A stretch of 64,000 nucleotides of DNA from an uncultured Bacillota bacterium (GCA_948466255.1 CAOJZV010000004.1:5541-69540); one strand, 5' to 3'; positions 28,135 through 38,181 are shown, counted from the stretch's first letter. Numbers and translations: made by a program. The notes: generated by a model from the sequence alone, not told the origin.

Positions 28135-29010
28135 ATGGCGAAAAATAAAATATTAGAAATTAAAAATTTAACTAAATATTATGGCAAGGTTTTAGGGGTA
28201 AAAGATTTATCTCTTACTCTTTATGAAGGTGAAGTATTTGGCTTTATTGGACCTAATGGGGCAGGAAAATCAACCACAATAAGATCAATTATGAATCTTA
28301 TTAACAAAACTGGAGGTTGTGTTTTACTAAATGGTGAAGAATTAGATAAAGATAATATTTCATTAAAAGAATTAATAGGTTATTTACCAAGTGAAATTCA
28401 TTTATATGAAGATTTAAATGTTAAAGAAATGCTTGATTATCACGAAAAGTTTTATAAAAAAGACTGCCATAAAAGAAGAAAAGAATTAGTAAAGAAACTA
28501 AAATTAAATGAATCAAAAAAAATAGAAGAATTATCTTTAGGTAATTTAAAAAAATTAGGAATAGTTCTAGCCTTTATGCATGAACCTAAATTACTTATAT
28601 TAGATGAGCCAACAAGCGGATTAGATCCTATTATGCAGCAAACTTTCTACGATTTACTAGAAGAAGAAAAAGAAAAGGGAACAACAATATTTTATTCAAC
28701 ACATATATTAAGTGAAATTTCAAAAGTTTGTGACCGCGTTGGAATAATAAAAGAAGGTAAATTAATAAATGTCGAAACAATGGAAGAAATGCAAAAGAAA
28801 AATTTAACTTTTGTTACAGTAAAATCTAATGAAAATGAAAAAATTATAAATGATTTAAAACTAGATATTAAAGAATCTAATGATATAATCAGATTTAAAA
28901 ACGAATTATCTTCCGATAAGCTTATAAAATCACTTTCAAAATATAAAATAGATAAAATATTAATAGAAGAAGCTACGTTAGAAGATATATTTATGCACTA
29001 TTATAGATAG
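28135..29010 (+). CDS. ABC transporter ATP-binding protein
   Basis: GPNGAGKST, LSLGN, ILDEPTSGLDP, STHILSE. Confidence 0.92.
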   Translation: MAKNKILEIKNLTKYYGKVLGVKDLSLTLYEGEVFGFIGPNGAGKSTTIRSIMNLINKTGGCVLLNGEELDKDNISLKELIGYLPSEIHLYEDLNVKEMLDYHEKFYKKDCHKRRKELVKKLKLNESKKIEELSLGNLKKLGIVLAFMHEPKLLILDEPTSGLDPIMQQTFYDLLEEEKEKGTTIFYSTHILSEISKVCDRVGIIKEGKLINVETMEEMQKKNLTFVTVKSNENEKIINDLKLDIKESNDIIRFKNELSSDKLIKSLSKYKIDKILIEEATLEDIFMHYYR

Positions 29011-29019
29011 GAGAAAAGT

Positions 29020-29811
29020 ATGTTTAAAAGAGAAATGAAGTTAAATTTTAAAAGTTTTTTAATATGGTTACTTTTATTAATTGGAATTTTTACAGTAGCC
29101 TTTTTGATATATCCTTCTATTATTAATAGTGATAATATTAAAATGATGGACGAAATGATGGAAATGTTTCCAAAAGAAGTATTAGCCGCATTTAATATGG
29201 ATATTTCTTCTATTAATAGTGTTTTTGGATGGTTAAAGTCAGAAGGATTTGTATTTGTATTATTACTAACAGGATGTTATGCAGGCATTCTTGGTTCTAA
29301 TATTTTGTTAAAAGAAGAAAGTGATAAAACTATTGAATATTTAAATAGTTTACCTATTAAACGAAATACTATTGTCCTAACTAAAGTTTTAGCAGGATTA
29401 TTATATATAGTTTTAATGGTTGTTATTCTTGGCATATTTAATTATATAGGGTTATTATTAAGTGGGGATTTTGACAAAAAAATGTATATTTTACTTAGTA
29501 TTACACCATTATTTTCTTCGGTAGTAATATATTTTGGTTGTATGTTTTTATCAACATTTACGCATAAAACTAAAAAGATGTTAGGTATTAGTTTAGGTAT
29601 TGTTTTAATTAGCTATGTACTTCAAATATTATCTTCGCTTGCAGAAACAACTGAATTTTTAAAATATTTTTCAGTGTTTACACTTGCTGATATTAGAAAT
29701 GTAATAACTGATGTGGCTATTAATCCAGTAATGATGTTACTTAGTGTAGGCCTATCAATTTTATTCTTAATATTAACTTTAATTCATTATAATAAAAAAG
29801 AGTTAGTATAA
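29020..29811 (+). CDS. ABC-2 type permease
   Basis: KEESDKTIEYLNSLPIKR motif; 6 TMs; ends YNKKEL. Confidence 0.88.
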   Translation: MFKREMKLNFKSFLIWLLLLIGIFTVAFLIYPSIINSDNIKMMDEMMEMFPKEVLAAFNMDISSINSVFGWLKSEGFVFVLLLTGCYAGILGSNILLKEESDKTIEYLNSLPIKRNTIVLTKVLAGLLYIVLMVVILGIFNYIGLLLSGDFDKKMYILLSITPLFSSVVIYFGCMFLSTFTHKTKKMLGISLGIVLISYVLQILSSLAETTEFLKYFSVFTLADIRNVITDVAINPVMMLLSVGLSILFLILTLIHYNKKELV

Positions 29812-29812
29812 C

Positions 29813-29852
29813 ATAAAGTAGATTATAAAATCTGCTTTTTTCATGGTATAAT
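29813..29852 (+). repeat. 40-bp terminator+promoter direct repeat, copy 2
   Basis: Identical to 27717-27756; similarity continues ~18 bp further. Confidence 0.9.
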
Positions 29853-29890
29853 AGGGATAAATAATAGTAAATTGCAAGGGAGATGAATTT

Positions 29891-30273
29891 ATGAATTTAA
29901 AAAGACTGACATTGGAAGAATATCAAAAAAAATAACTAAATCATATTTGGAAGAATGCTTGGAAAATGGGACTGCTGAATATTATGTTGTTAATTATAAT
30001 GGAGAAGAGCATCAATTTTTCTTTTATAAGCATAATTGTGTAGCCGATATTTGCGTTGAAGAAAAGTCTTCAAATAGTTTGTTTGATTATGCAGAAGCAA
30101 TGAATGAAGTTTTCTCTTTTTTAAAGAAAAAAGGTTTTAAGACAATCAGAATAACTTTGTCAAATGACTTCTTTGTTGAAAGAAATGACTTAGCTAGAGA
30201 ATACGGTTTCAAAGAAGTTGGAAGAGAAAAAATTGCAGAAAGAAACTTTATTCATTATGAAAGGAAATTGTAA
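29891..30273 (+). pseudogene. GNAT-like protein frameshifted in an A8 run (29925-29932)
   Basis: ATG 29891 after GGGAG RBS stops at 29933; adding one A joins it to the 29947..30273 ORF (YQKKITKSYLEEC); C-terminus has GNAT-like 'KGFKTIRIT...YGFKEVG'. Confidence 0.55.
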
Positions 30274-30303
30274 AATTGCAATTTATAAAGGAGATTAAGT
30301 AAT

Positions 30304-30546
30304 ATGCATAAGGAAACGTTATTATCCAATATAGATAAACTCCACACTACTGAATTAGGTGTTTTAAGAATAAAGAAGAACTTAAAACTAGATACTGATG
30401 ATGTAGTAGGATACCTTAAAAATAAAATATTAGATAAAAATTGTTATATATATAAACAAGGCAAGAATTGGTACTGCGAAATAGATAATATAAAAATAAC
30501 TATCAATTCATATAGTTATACAATTATAACCGCACATTTTATTTAA
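30304..30546 (+). CDS. DUF3781-family protein
   Basis: LHTTELGVLRIKKNL...GKNWY...ITINSYSYTIITAH. Confidence 0.8.
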   Translation: MHKETLLSNIDKLHTTELGVLRIKKNLKLDTDDVVGYLKNKILDKNCYIYKQGKNWYCEIDNIKITINSYSYTIITAHFI

Positions 30547-30565
30547 TATGAAAAGGAGAATTAAT

Positions 30566-31204
30566 ATGGCTTTTGATTATAAAAAAGAATATAAGGAATT
30601 TTATATGCCTAAAAACAAACCTAGTATTGTAACAGTTCCTAAAATGAATTATATTGCTGTAAGAGGAAAAGGTAATCCAAACGATGAAGATAGTGAATAT
30701 AAAAAGTCAATTGGATTATTATATGCAATTGCATTTACAATTAAAATGTCATATAAAGGAAACTATAATATAGATGGGTATTTCCAGTATGTTGTTCCAC
30801 CTTTAGAAGGGTTTTGGTGGCAAGATAATACTGAGGGCATTGATTATAACAGAAAAGATGACATGCAGTTTATTTCTATTATCAGACTTCCAGATTTTGT
30901 CACTAAAAAAGATTTTGATTGGGCGATAGAAGAAGCAACTAAAAAGAAAAACACTGATTTTTCTAAAGTGGAATTTTTAACTTACGACGAAGGACTATGC
31001 GTACAATGCATGCATATTGGTTCTTATGATGATGAGCCAGCTACTATTAATTTAATGCATAAATTTATGGAAGAAAACGGATATGAACTTGATATAACAA
31101 ATACTAGATTTCATCATGAGATTTATTTAAGTGATCCAAGAAGATGTGATGTAAGCAAATTAAAAACAGTTGTTAGACATCCAATTAAAAAGATTAATGG
31201 ATAG
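30566..31204 (+). CDS. GyrI-like small-molecule-binding domain protein
   Basis: DYKKEYKEFY.P, YVVPPLEGFWW, CVQCMHIGSYDDE, HHEIYLSDPRR. Confidence 0.88.
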   Translation: MAFDYKKEYKEFYMPKNKPSIVTVPKMNYIAVRGKGNPNDEDSEYKKSIGLLYAIAFTIKMSYKGNYNIDGYFQYVVPPLEGFWWQDNTEGIDYNRKDDMQFISIIRLPDFVTKKDFDWAIEEATKKKNTDFSKVEFLTYDEGLCVQCMHIGSYDDEPATINLMHKFMEENGYELDITNTRFHHEIYLSDPRRCDVSKLKTVVRHPIKKING

Positions 31205-31214
31205 TGATAGTTAT

Positions 31215-31463
31215 ATGAAAACAGATTTAAGGAAAATACCTGGTGTTGGCGAAAGAACAAGAGAGTCTTTAATTAATATTGGTATCAGATGTGTTGAAGA
31301 TTTAAAGGGTAAAGATCCTTTAGAGCTTTATGAAATGGACTGTAAAGAAAAAGGTTTTAAAGAAGATAGATGCCAATTATATTTATTTAGAATGGCTGTA
31401 TATTATGCTGAAAATGAAGTACATGATAAAGAAAAATTAAAATGGTGGTATTGGAAAGATTAA
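31215..31463 (+). CDS. Helix-hairpin-helix protein (Cdd1-like)
   Basis: LRKIPGVG..., LKGKDPLELY, DRCQLYLFRMAVYYA, KWWYWKD. Confidence 0.8.
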   Translation: MKTDLRKIPGVGERTRESLINIGIRCVEDLKGKDPLELYEMDCKEKGFKEDRCQLYLFRMAVYYAENEVHDKEKLKWWYWKD

Positions 31464-31551
31464 ATATGTACACATTTTTAAATAAATATGATAATATATT
31501 ATATGGTTTATGGTAGCTTCCCATTAATATAGTTCCGTTAGGAGGTTTATT

Positions 31552-31797
31552 ATGAATAATGAACATTGTCCTTGTTGTCCAAACAATTGTCATAAAGATA
31601 ATTTAAAATGTGGACGTGGGCACGATTATTTTAGTAGTGATAATAGTGATTCTAAATTAAATAATTTGGAAGATGAAGTTATTGCTGACTTAAGAAGATG
31701 TGGACATATGCTACATCATCATGGTGAGTTACAAATTGACAATATTTCAGAAGAAGAATTAAAAACACTACATGAATTATTATCAAAAATTTTATAA
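31552..31797 (+). CDS. Small Cys/His-rich hypothetical protein
   Basis: AGGAGG RBS; CPCCPNNC...CGRG and CGHMLHHH. Confidence 0.7.
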   Translation: MNNEHCPCCPNNCHKDNLKCGRGHDYFSSDNSDSKLNNLEDEVIADLRRCGHMLHHHGELQIDNISEEELKTLHELLSKIL

Positions 31798-31838
31798 TAA
31801 TTTTAATTAAAGGCTAGCTACTTATAGCTGGCTTTTTG

Positions 31839-31854
31839 CTTACAAAAGTGTAAG
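31839..31854 (+). promoter_or_regulatory. BceR/GraR-like inverted repeat upstream of VanZ-RDD gene
   Basis: CTTACA-N4-TGTAAG perfect dyad ~20 bp upstream of a TATAAT. Confidence 0.5.
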
Positions 31855-31902
31855 GTTATAATTCAAAATTTTGTTGTATAATAAATTTGGAAGGTGGTTA
31901 GT

Positions 31903-33018
31903 ATGAATTACATGTCAAGTATTAATGCAGCGGTGCTTATTTTTCCTTTTATTGCACTATTAATTACAATGCCTTTTATATTAAGTCAGTATCACAAATA
32001 TGGTTCGGTTTCATTTTTTAAATCAGTAATAATTTATTTATTTGTATTTTATTTGTTATGTGCTTATTTTTTAGTTATTTTGCCACTTCCTAAAATAAGT
32101 GAGGTAGCTATGATGACAAGCCCAAGAACACAATTAATTCCGTTTGATTTTGTAATAGATTTTATTAAAAATTCTTCTTTCGATATTACGAATATTCATA
32201 CTTATTTGAAGGCTTTAAAGGAATCATATTTTTATGTACCAATATTTAATATTTTACTGACATTACCTTTTGGAATGTTTTTAAGATATTATTTTAAATG
32301 TGATTTAACAAAAGTTATTGTTTATACTTTTTTACTTAGTTTATTTTTTGAATTAACACAGCTTAGCGGATTATATTTTATTTATCCAAGAGGTTATAGA
32401 TTATTTGATGTTGATGATTTAATTTTAAATACTTTAGGTGGAGTTGTAGGCTATTTAATGTGCAAACCTTTTATGAAAATACTTCCTAAAATAGATGAAG
32501 TTAATGAAGATGCGATGGAAAAGGGAATGAAAATTTCAGGGTTTAGAAGAATAAACGCACTTTTCCTTGATTTATTTATATTTTTAATAATAGAGATTTT
32601 AGTAATTATAACTTTTGGGGATCATATTTATTTAAATCTAGGTGTGGCATTTATGTATTATTTTGTAATTCCACTATTTTTAGGCACAAGCACACCAGCT
32701 AAGAAATTTTTAAATATTGCAGTTTTAGATTATAATAATAAAAAGAATATTCCAAGATTATTTTTAAGAAAATTTTTGATAATTTTTATTTATTTTGTTA
32801 TTCCAATTATTATATTTGAAACCTTAACATTAATTCAAAACGATTATGTTAGGGAATTTGGTGGATTAATAATTTTACTTGGTTTATTTTTATTCTATTT
32901 TATTTCAGTTATAAAATATTTGTTTACAGGCAAAGAAATGTTGTATGAAAAATTAAGTAAAACTAGACTAGTAAGTACAATTAAGCCTAACTCAAGTGAT
33001 GTTTCGTGTACAAATTAG
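31903..33018 (+). CDS. VanZ + RDD domain membrane protein
   Basis: VILPLP, QLIPF, FELTQLSGL.FIYPR.YRLFDVDDLILNTLGG; C-terminal RRINALFLD (RDD). Confidence 0.88.
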   Translation: MNYMSSINAAVLIFPFIALLITMPFILSQYHKYGSVSFFKSVIIYLFVFYLLCAYFLVILPLPKISEVAMMTSPRTQLIPFDFVIDFIKNSSFDITNIHTYLKALKESYFYVPIFNILLTLPFGMFLRYYFKCDLTKVIVYTFLLSLFFELTQLSGLYFIYPRGYRLFDVDDLILNTLGGVVGYLMCKPFMKILPKIDEVNEDAMEKGMKISGFRRINALFLDLFIFLIIEILVIITFGDHIYLNLGVAFMYYFVIPLFLGTSTPAKKFLNIAVLDYNNKKNIPRLFLRKFLIIFIYFVIPIIIFETLTLIQNDYVREFGGLIILLGLFLFYFISVIKYLFTGKEMLYEKLSKTRLVSTIKPNSSDVSCTN

Positions 33019-33056
33019 CTTTGACATTATATAGTTGTAGTGAAAGGAGAAATTTT

Positions 33057-33764
33057 ATGAATCAAGAAAAAATAGGAAAGTTTATTGCTTTAAGACGTAA
33101 AGAAATGAATTTAACACAAGCTGATTTGGCTGAAAGGTTAGGAGTTACTGATAGATCTATTTCAAACTGGGAAAATGGTAAATGCATGCCTGATTATTCT
33201 TTATTAATTCCTTTAAGCAAAGAGCTTGATGTTTCAGTTAATGATTTAATTAGTGGTGAAATACTTGATAAAAATAATTACGAAAAAAAATGTGATGAAA
33301 ATATTATTAATGTAATAGGGGAGCAAGAAAGAAGACTAAATAAAAGAAATATGATTATTGGTTTTGTTATTTTTGTTATTGGATTTTTAATTATGCTGTC
33401 TGCAATAATGATATTTCCTTCAGAAAGTAGTTGGAGTTCTATATATTCTATATTTGGAGCTATTGTTACAACTATAGGTTTCACACTTATTTTTAGGAAA
33501 CTTAATTTTAGATATAGAATAGCTTTTTTATTCATTTTAATTGCTTTTCTATTTTTGATAGATTTTGTGAATGTCAAATTAAATAGTAAGGCTCCAATGT
33601 TTTCGATGTATACAACAACTATAGATGATACAATTTTATATGATACACCTTTTTATGATGTTTATAGATGCAGGAAAAATAGTAAAGATGAATATTATGT
33701 AATTGTTTCTAATCATGAGTATGATGAAAAGTATATTATGAATTTTTGTAAGACAAATCATTAG
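33057..33764 (+). CDS. XRE-family HTH regulator with membrane domain
   Basis: MNQEKIGKFIA..RK...TQADLAERLGVTDRSISNWENG; 3 TMs; ATG 33057 after AAAGGAG. Confidence 0.85.
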   Translation: MNQEKIGKFIALRRKEMNLTQADLAERLGVTDRSISNWENGKCMPDYSLLIPLSKELDVSVNDLISGEILDKNNYEKKCDENIINVIGEQERRLNKRNMIIGFVIFVIGFLIMLSAIMIFPSESSWSSIYSIFGAIVTTIGFTLIFRKLNFRYRIAFLFILIAFLFLIDFVNVKLNSKAPMFSMYTTTIDDTILYDTPFYDVYRCRKNSKDEYYVIVSNHEYDEKYIMNFCKTNH

Positions 33765-33804
33765 GTTTGTCTTTTTAACTTTTTTCTAGTAAAATTATAG
33801 TAGG

Positions 33805-34794
33805 GTGAAGAATATGTTGGATGAAATAAAAAAATTACCTAAGGTAGAATTACATTTACATTTAGATGGTTCTGTTTCTAAAGAGCTGGCAAGTAAATTA
33901 TCAGGTTTATCAGAAGATGAAGTATTATCTAAAATGGCCGCACCTTCAAAATGTGAAAATCTAAGTGAATATTTAACTAGATTTGATTTACCTATTAGTT
34001 TAATGCAGACTAAAGAAAATCTTTATTTAATCGCAAAAGATTTAGTGGATAGACTTGAAAAAGAATCTATTATTTATGCGGAAATTCGTTTCGCACCAAT
34101 GTTTCATACAAAAGAAGGACTTTCTTACTCTGAAATTATAGAATCGGTGTTAGAGGGTTTAAAAACAAATTCTAATGTTAATACTAATTTAATTTTGTGT
34201 ATGATGAGAGGAATGAGCATAGAAGATAATTTGAAAACATTAGACTGTGCTTATGAATATTTAAATAAAGGAGTGTGCGGGGTTGATTTAGCAGGCTCTG
34301 AAGATAAATATCCATTAGAATTATATACAGAACTTTTTAAAGCTGCGAAAAAGAGAAATATTCCTTTTACTATTCACGCAGGGGAAAATGGTCCAGCTAG
34401 TGAGATTAAAAAAGCAATAGAACTGGGCGCAAAAAGAATTGGCCATGGAACATCGGCTATAGGTAGTGAAGAAGTACTTGATTTAATTAGAAAAAATGAA
34501 ATTTTATTAGAAATTTGTCCGACTAGTAATGTTCAGACAAATGCGGTTAGTACATATGATAAACATCCGATATATGAATTTTATAAAAAAAGAATACTAT
34601 TTAATATTAATACAGATAATACTACAGTATCTAATATTACTCTTAATGATGAGTATTTGAAATTATATAATACTTTTAATTTTGAAACCCATGATTATAT
34701 AAAAATGAATGAAGATGCGGTAAAACATTCCTTTGCTAGTGATAATTTAAAAGAAAAATTGTTAGATGTTTTAAAAGAGTATAATAATTTGTAA
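33805..34794 (+). CDS. add: Adenosine deaminase
   Basis: LPKVELHLHLDGS, YAEIRFAP, TIHAGE, RIGHG, EICPTSN, NTDN. Confidence 0.93.
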   Translation: MKNMLDEIKKLPKVELHLHLDGSVSKELASKLSGLSEDEVLSKMAAPSKCENLSEYLTRFDLPISLMQTKENLYLIAKDLVDRLEKESIIYAEIRFAPMFHTKEGLSYSEIIESVLEGLKTNSNVNTNLILCMMRGMSIEDNLKTLDCAYEYLNKGVCGVDLAGSEDKYPLELYTELFKAAKKRNIPFTIHAGENGPASEIKKAIELGAKRIGHGTSAIGSEEVLDLIRKNEILLEICPTSNVQTNAVSTYDKHPIYEFYKKRILFNINTDNTTVSNITLNDEYLKLYNTFNFETHDYIKMNEDAVKHSFASDNLKEKLLDVLKEYNNL

Positions 34795-34870
34795 ACTAAG
34801 GTTTTTACAGTAATAGTTTTCTTGACAATGAGCCTTGATAATATATATAATCATAATAGAGGTGAAATAG

Positions 34871-35272
34871 ATGAATAGAAAAGGATTTACATTAGTTGAA
34901 GTGCTGGCAGTGGTTGTGATTCTTGGGATAATTGGAGTTATAACGGTCCCTTTTATTATGAATATTATTAACAAATCTAAAAGAGACACTTTTGTAGATT
35001 CTTCTAGGTTTTTAGTTAAGGCAGCTAGTCAATATCGTAGCAATGCAATAATGAATCATACAGATAGGACTTTAAATATTAATTTTGCAAAGGATAAATG
35101 TCCTTTAGAGGTTTCTGGACAATTACCTGATTCAGGAAATTTGAAAATGGATGAAAATGGGAATGTTGAGCTTAGAATTTGGAGTGATAAAGCGGGAATA
35201 TGCGTGGGAAAGAATCTTAATTCTAGTGAAGTAAAAATTATAGATATAGATAAAAATGGTTGTCATTTATAA
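34871..35272 (+). CDS. Type IV pilin-like protein (class III signal peptide)
   Basis: MNRKG/FTLVEVLAVVVILGII. Confidence 0.85.
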   Translation: MNRKGFTLVEVLAVVVILGIIGVITVPFIMNIINKSKRDTFVDSSRFLVKAASQYRSNAIMNHTDRTLNINFAKDKCPLEVSGQLPDSGNLKMDENGNVELRIWSDKAGICVGKNLNSSEVKIIDIDKNGCHL

Positions 35273-35299
35273 AATGATATTTTGAAAGTGAGATAGAAA

Positions 35300-36028
35300 A
35301 TGAATAATAATTTAAAGATACCTAATCATGTAGCTATTATTGTTGATGGAAATGGTAGATGGGCTATTGAAAAAGGTTTAAATCGTAGTAAGGGTCATGA
35401 AGCCGGATTTATAAATCTGCAAAAACTAACAGTTTATATGTATTCTAAAGGTGTGAAATATATAAGTGCATATTTATTTTCGACTGAAAATTTTAAACGT
35501 AGTGAAAAAGAAGTAAATTTTTTAATGAATTTGTTAACGGGCAAATTAAAAGAAATTTTAGATTTTTGTCATCATGAAAAAATTCATGCGTTCTTTTCTG
35601 GCAGAAAAGATAAACTTAGTAATAAAGTAATAGAAGCTATGAATAAAATAGAACAAGAAACTAATAAATATAAAGATAGATATTTTAATATTTGTTTTAA
35701 CTATGGTGGCCATGCAGAAATAGTTGATGCAACTAAAAAAATAGTTCAGGATGTAGAAAATGGTAAATTAGATATTGATTTATTAGATGAAAATATTTAT
35801 TCAAAATATTTATATCGTGATTTACCACCTGTAGATTTAATGATTAGAACGAGTGGGGAAAAAAGAATAAGTAACTTTCTATTATGGCAATGTTCATATG
35901 CTGAATTTTATTTTGTAGATACTTATTTTCCAGATTTTAAAGAAAAAGAATTTGATCTTGCTTTAGAAGATTATACAAAAAGAGATCGTAGATTTGGAGG
36001 AATCGATTATGACAAAAAGAGTAATTAG
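35300..36028 (+). CDS. uppS: Undecaprenyl/polyprenyl diphosphate synthase
   Basis: HVAIIVDGNGRWA, FSTENFKR, NYGG, IRTSGEKRISNFLLWQ, RRFGG. Confidence 0.95.
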   Translation: MNNNLKIPNHVAIIVDGNGRWAIEKGLNRSKGHEAGFINLQKLTVYMYSKGVKYISAYLFSTENFKRSEKEVNFLMNLLTGKLKEILDFCHHEKIHAFFSGRKDKLSNKVIEAMNKIEQETNKYKDRYFNICFNYGGHAEIVDATKKIVQDVENGKLDIDLLDENIYSKYLYRDLPPVDLMIRTSGEKRISNFLLWQCSYAEFYFVDTYFPDFKEKEFDLALEDYTKRDRRFGGIDYDKKSN

Positions 36029-36809
36029 TGCGATAGTGGCATTATTAATTTTAGTGCCAATTATATTAAAAGGTGGATGGATTTTTAATTTTGCAGCTTA
36101 TATCATTTCTTTACTTTGTTTAAAAGAATTTATAGATGCTAAAAGTAAGAAAAAACCAGTACCATTTATTATGGGACTTATGGCTTATATATTTATATCA
36201 CTAATAATTTTGGTGGATGTAACTTCATCATCAACTTTATTTAGTTTAGACTTTCGTGTTATAGCTGCACTTTTTATTGCTTTTTTACTACCTGTAGTTT
36301 TATATCACGATCAAAAGAAATATAGTATTACTGATGCATTTTATATGTTAGGTGGAGTATTATTTTTAGGTATATCTATGGCGTTATTAATTATGCTTAG
36401 ATATATCGATTTAAAAATATTTGTTTTCTTATTTACAATAACTATTACGACTGATATTTTTGCTTATTTAACAGGAATGCTTATTGGTAAACATAAATTA
36501 CTTCCGGAAATTTCCCCTAAGAAAACATGGGAAGGTTTAATAGGTGGAACTATAATGGGCGTATTTGTAAGTAGTATGTTTTATTTAACTTGTATTGATC
36601 CAAATATTTCTATTTTAGTTTTACTTGCTAGCTGTACGTTCCTATCACTACTTGGACAATTTGGTGATTTGGTTTTCTCAGCTATGAAACGCTATTTTGG
36701 AATTAAGGATTTTTCTGGTATTATGCCTGGACATGGTGGGGTGCTAGATAGATTAGATAGTATTATATTTGTTGTACTTGGATTTATATTTTTTATAAAT
36801 ATTTTATAG
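36009..36809 (+). CDS. cdsA: Phosphatidate cytidylyltransferase
   Basis: ISPKKTWEG, GDLVFSAMKR..GIKD.SGIMPGHGGVLDRLDS. Confidence 0.95.
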   Translation: MTKRVISAIVALLILVPIILKGGWIFNFAAYIISLLCLKEFIDAKSKKKPVPFIMGLMAYIFISLIILVDVTSSSTLFSLDFRVIAALFIAFLLPVVLYHDQKKYSITDAFYMLGGVLFLGISMALLIMLRYIDLKIFVFLFTITITTDIFAYLTGMLIGKHKLLPEISPKKTWEGLIGGTIMGVFVSSMFYLTCIDPNISILVLLASCTFLSLLGQFGDLVFSAMKRYFGIKDFSGIMPGHGGVLDRLDSIIFVVLGFIFFINIL

Positions 36810-36818
36810 GAGGCTGAA

Positions 36819-37856
36819 ATGACATTATTATATTTTATTATCATACTAGGTGTAATTATATTTATTCATGAACTTGGACATTTTATATTTGCTAAAAAGT
36901 CAGGAATATATGTTTATGAATTTTCGCTTGGTATGGGACCTAGAATTTTCAAATTCAATCGTAAAAATGATGAAACGGATTACTGTTTAAGATTATTCCC
37001 AATTGGTGGATTTGTCCAAATGGCTGGTGAAGAAATCAATGATGATGAATATGTACCAAAGGATAAGAAATTTTCTAGCAAAACTTTCTGGCAAAAATTT
37101 ATGACAGTTATTGCGGGGATTATGATGAATTTCCTTTTGGCTATCATTTTATTATTTATCGTTGGACTGATTAATGGAGCACCGCAAAATAAGGCAATAG
37201 TTGGAACTATTGATCCTAATTATCCTGCATATACATCAGGACTTCAAGATGGAGATAAAATTTTAAAAGTAAATGGTAGAAATGCGAATACTACTGATAA
37301 ATTAACTTTACAGCTTCAAGTTTTCCAAGGTGAGAATATCGATATGGAAGTTGAAAGAAATGGGGCGGTTAAAACTATAAAACTTACTCCAAAAGAAGAC
37401 GAAGTAGATGGGCAAAAAACATATCGTTATGGTTTCCAAATAGAAGATGAAGTTGAGTATGGCTTTTTCCCAGCTTTAAAATATGCATTTACAAAAACAT
37501 TTAGTTTAATTCATCAAATGATATTTATAATTTGGTATTTAATTACTGGACAATTAGAACTGGGTTCATTAGCTGGTCCTGTTGGTATTTATAGTGTGGT
37601 TGGAAGCGCTGCTTCAAGTGGTTTAGTTTCACTTTTATATTTGACTGCTTATATTAGTATCAACGTTGGATTTATTAATTTACTTCCAATTCCAGCATTT
37701 GATGGAGGAAGATTATTATTCTTAATCATTGAGAAAATTAAGGGTAGTCCAGTAGATCCTAAGTTAGAAAATACAATTCATACAATTGGATTCTTCTTAC
37801 TCATGGCATTAATGATTTTGATTACATATAATGATGTAATAAGACTTATAAAATAG
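36819..37856 (+). CDS. rseP: RIP metalloprotease RseP
   Basis: HELGH, FSLGMGP, PDZ domain, NLLPIPAFDGG. Confidence 0.95.
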   Translation: MTLLYFIIILGVIIFIHELGHFIFAKKSGIYVYEFSLGMGPRIFKFNRKNDETDYCLRLFPIGGFVQMAGEEINDDEYVPKDKKFSSKTFWQKFMTVIAGIMMNFLLAIILLFIVGLINGAPQNKAIVGTIDPNYPAYTSGLQDGDKILKVNGRNANTTDKLTLQLQVFQGENIDMEVERNGAVKTIKLTPKEDEVDGQKTYRYGFQIEDEVEYGFFPALKYAFTKTFSLIHQMIFIIWYLITGQLELGSLAGPVGIYSVVGSAASSGLVSLLYLTAYISINVGFINLLPIPAFDGGRLLFLIIEKIKGSPVDPKLENTIHTIGFFLLMALMILITYNDVIRLIK

Positions 37857-37920
37857 GAGTATCGAACTCCTTTTTTTATTGGAAATTATATGTTATAATT
37901 AGGTAAATGGAGGTTTAATA

Positions 37921-38181
37921 ATGAAAAGAGATTTTAGTTATGATGAGATAGATTCATTAGTAAATGCTTTTAGTGAAGAAGAATTTAGTATGCTTAAAGA
38001 AGCCATCAATGAAAGAAATTTGGAAGAGTACGGTGTAGGTATAGGCGAAATCGATCTTGATAATAGAGTTGTTGATACTAGTAAAAATAGAAATCTAGAG
38101 GAAAAGTCTACTACTAGTTTCATGCCAAGTGCACCAAAAATATTTTATATAAGATCTAATGGTAGAATTGGGAAACGTTAA
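37921..38181 (+). CDS. Hypothetical protein
   Basis: GGAGG RBS and TGTTATAAT promoter; no family recognised. Confidence 0.6.
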   Translation: MKRDFSYDEIDSLVNAFSEEEFSMLKEAINERNLEEYGVGIGEIDLDNRVVDTSKNRNLEEKSTTSFMPSAPKIFYIRSNGRIGKR

